Origin: Nematocida ausubeli
Lineage: Eukaryota
Assembly (NCBI RefSeq): GCF_000738915.1
Contig: NW_026515635.1
Coordinates: 434,001 to 498,000, forward strand
Reading direction: 5' to 3'
DNA: 64,000 nt
A program made the position numbers and the translations under genes. Below are positions 61,459 to 64,000 of the stretch, piece after piece; position 1 is the stretch's first letter, and each line of letters opens with the position of its first letter. A model generated the notes under the pieces. It saw only the letters and a list, made by a program, of their open reading frames with translations. It had not been told where the DNA came from and ran no database searches.

Positions 61459-62508
61459 CTATTCTAAGAGCATTGACATGCATATTGGCTGAGTGAGAAT
61501 GGCCACAACCCCGCCTCTGTCTTTTATTTTCTCTCCTTCATTTGTGTACTGCGAAATAATGTTTATTTCTGCATTTGTCTGTTTGGAAAGCTTAAGTATT
61601 TCTTCTGCTGCCTCTCTCTCTGCTGGACTCTCTGACTTTATTAGCCCATCTGAGATGATTATTGTCTTGACCATGTAGTTTTCGCAGGCGCATGTCACCT
61701 CCTTAACTCCCATGGCAATTCCCTTTGTGCCTACGTCCTCTAGTCTGTAGTAGTTATTCTGTGCTAGTAGTTCATTTCCTTTTTTTGCTCCCTTAAGCTT
61801 CTTAAGGAGTTCAGGGGACTTGAAAATTTCATCTATTTCCTCCATGTCTCCTTTGTGTGTGTTGCCCGATGATACCGACTTTTTAATGAAAACGACAAGG
61901 TTCTTTAGCTGCGGCTGCTGCTTAAAGTAGTCATCTACCTCTTTTTCTGGTCCTACTATGGCAAATGCAGTTAGATTTCCTTTTAAGTGGCTGAGAACAT
62001 TCTTGAACAACTTGTCCTTTGACTTGACTTTCTCTGGGAGTGGTACTCTGCGCATAGTGTACTCAGTTGCCAGAAGAAGAGAATATCCTTCCTTCCGGCA
62101 TATCAGGTATGCCATGCTTGCTTTGTTTTCCAGCGTAAGCCCCTCTAGCATCTTTATTGCAGCTGCTGACAGATAGTCTTTCTTCAAGGACATTCTCTGG
62201 TTTACTGGTATTTCCAGTGTGTGAAATGTCCCGGTCTTTGTGTATTCCGTCTCATTCAAGATTTTTCCCTTTACGAACAATATTCCTACTGCCAGATCCA
62301 CTGTGACCTTCTCAACCTCGACTTCCAAAAGAAGAGTAACCCGTATTTTCGCCTTTCCGCCTTCTCCTGGAATGCTCCTTTGTGTCATTGACTTTACAAT
62401 ATCTTTCTCGTCAATAATTCTGTATAGTTCGTATATATCGTCAATATCCTCTGGAAGAATATCCAGAAACACATTGCACTTTGTCTGGCTCTTTTTAAAT
62501 ATTTTCAT
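61459..62508 (-). CDS. DOM34: Pelota/Dom34 ribosome rescue factor
   Basis: PE..DD.Y.LY.II...D.V...T.R, KGK...E......G.FHTL, G.KEV..A, ISD and GGV.AIL..P motifs. Confidence 0.93.
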   Translation of the reverse strand: MKIFKKSQTKCNVFLDILPEDIDDIYELYRIIDEKDIVKSMTQRSIPGEGGKAKIRVTLLLEVEVEKVTVDLAVGILFVKGKILNETEYTKTGTFHTLEIPVNQRMSLKKDYLSAAAIKMLEGLTLENKASMAYLICRKEGYSLLLATEYTMRRVPLPEKVKSKDKLFKNVLSHLKGNLTAFAIVGPEKEVDDYFKQQPQLKNLVVFIKKSVSSGNTHKGDMEEIDEIFKSPELLKKLKGAKKGNELLAQNNYYRLEDVGTKGIAMGVKEVTCACENYMVKTIIISDGLIKSESPAEREAAEEILKLSKQTNAEINIISQYTNEGEKIKDRGGVVAILTQPICMSMLLE

Positions 62509-62533
62509 TCTGTGTTATTGTGTATAACTATTT

Positions 62534-63550
62534 ATGTGGATTTGGTTTCTTCTTTGCACACTATTCCTGGCGACAAAAGAGTCTGCACAGAAGGAGGACG
62601 CGTGCATCTTCATTCTTTGCAGGAACACGGACATCCATGGCCTCAAAGACACAATTACTAAATTCGAAAAATACTTCAACAAAAAATACCAATACCCATA
62701 TGTTGTAGTGAATGACGTAGAATTCACACCCGAATTTAAAAAAGATTTCAATGCCCTTACAACAAATCCCGTTGAATACGGAACAATTCCAAAGGAGCAC
62801 TGGGGATATCCCACGTGGATTGATAAGGAAAGGGCCTCCCGGGAGAGAACAAGAATGGAAAGAGACAATATAATATATGGAGGCAGTGAGTCATACAGGC
62901 ACATGTGCAGATATTTCTCTGGATTCTTCTTTGAGCACCCACTCACAAAGAAGTACAGATATTATTGGAGGGTAGAGCCAGACACGCAGTTGCACTGCCC
63001 CATTGACTATGATGTCTTTGAGTACATGCGCATACACAACAAGAAGTATGGGTTTACGATTACACTCCATGAATATCCTCAGACAGTCCAGTCTCTTTGG
63101 CGAACTATTCAGCAATTTGTTTCCTCTTACAACACATTCTATAAAGAAGGAGACTTCTGGACCTTAGTGGAGCCCCTTAATCTGCACAGATTTATAACAG
63201 ATGACATGTACACCCGGTATAATATGTGCCACTTCTGGTCTAACTTTGAAATTGCAGACTTCTCTTTTTTCCGAAGCAAAAAGTACAAGGCATTCTTTGA
63301 GTTTCTAGATCGGTCAGGTGGATTTTTTTATGAAAGATGGGGAGATGCGCCTGTGCACTCAATTGCAGCCTCGTTATTCCTGAATAAGGATGAGATCCAT
63401 TATTTTGAAGATATAGGGTATACGCATCCCCCGTTCACGCACTGCCCTAGGATGTCTCTACAAAAGTCTCCTTGCAGCTGCAATGTCTCTACCTCTGTGG
63501 ATATTACTATGCCTATGTGTATAAATTTGTATAAAAAGATACCCAGGTAG
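62534..63550 (+). CDS. Alpha-1,2-mannosyltransferase, KRE2/KTR family (GT15)
   Basis: N-terminal signal anchor; YG.SESYRHMCRYFSGFF, YYWRVEP, YN.CHFWSNFEI and GGFFYERWGDAPVHSIA motifs. Confidence 0.97.
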   Translation: MWIWFLLCTLFLATKESAQKEDACIFILCRNTDIHGLKDTITKFEKYFNKKYQYPYVVVNDVEFTPEFKKDFNALTTNPVEYGTIPKEHWGYPTWIDKERASRERTRMERDNIIYGGSESYRHMCRYFSGFFFEHPLTKKYRYYWRVEPDTQLHCPIDYDVFEYMRIHNKKYGFTITLHEYPQTVQSLWRTIQQFVSSYNTFYKEGDFWTLVEPLNLHRFITDDMYTRYNMCHFWSNFEIADFSFFRSKKYKAFFEFLDRSGGFFYERWGDAPVHSIAASLFLNKDEIHYFEDIGYTHPPFTHCPRMSLQKSPCSCNVSTSVDITMPMCINLYKKIPR

Positions 63551-64000
63551 AGAAAGGTAGAAAGGTAAATATTCTGTAAAATATCCTTCTACTAGAGATA
63601 GTACATCTTTATGATTTACATGGCCTGATTTACATTGTACAATGGAGTACGTCCTGGAATACTAAAGATATTCATTTTAGTACACTCTCTAGAATAACGT
63701 ATATTATGGAAGTCTCAGAAAGTCACTGCACACCATGAAGCCATGCCTGCTGGCATAAGAATAATGAAGACTTATATATTTCGGGTTATATCTGTATATT
63801 ACGTTTCTTTATTACTTTCCAGTGCTAGATGCCAGCAACCAATCTATGTATAGGCATAGTATACACAGAGAATTCTCTTTTGAATTTTGAAGAGCAGTCA
63901 CAGTGTACTGTGTGTCTATGTGCAGGCACGTGATAACGCATAGTGTGACTTAGTCTTGCTAATACTTTTTATCCTCGCCTGAGTACTTTTTAACTATCAT

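Noticed and set aside
1..64000. CRISPR arrays, rRNA genes, telomeric or long tandem repeats, prokaryotic operons
   Set aside because: None seen. The content is eukaryotic, and the only dispersed repeat I detected is the LTR family.

Overview
This is gene-dense, AT-rich eukaryotic DNA with no visible introns. It is most consistent with a microsporidian of the genus Nematocida: the housekeeping genes are reduced and divergent, CCC/GGG motifs precede many ATGs, and there are two signal-peptide proteins with the NKRFFSP motif I associate with a Nematocida large gene family. About 40 protein genes are present. They include six ribosomal proteins, ValRS, DIM1, MRD1, eIF1A, Pelota, CDC20, UFD2, SEC63, GWT1, a KTR/KRE2 mannosyltransferase, a P4-ATPase, a class-3 lipase, a membrane-anchored subtilisin, a SUN protein, SWI5, NAA20, CIA2, VMA7, SPO7-like, RPC5, SMARCD, TMEM33 and partial NUS1. 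There are three tRNA genes (Arg-TCT, Trp-CCA, Glu-CTC), one internally deleted LTR retrotransposon (548-2189), and two decayed solo LTRs of the same family. The most notable observations are: (1) a divergent gene pair whose ATGs are only 4 nt apart; (2) all three tRNA genes lie 28-37 nt from a protein start codon; (3) two unannotated structured-RNA candidates; (4) a possible Cys/Glu/His catalytic set in one large secreted paralogue, with all three residues replaced in its neighbour; (5) a solo LTR just upstream of that gene; (6) a Cwc24-like protein lacking its RNA-stacking aromatics; (7) a Sec63 J-domain without HPD. All calls come from motif recognition by eye; no searches were run. Several start codons were moved from the ORF track to the first plausible ATG.
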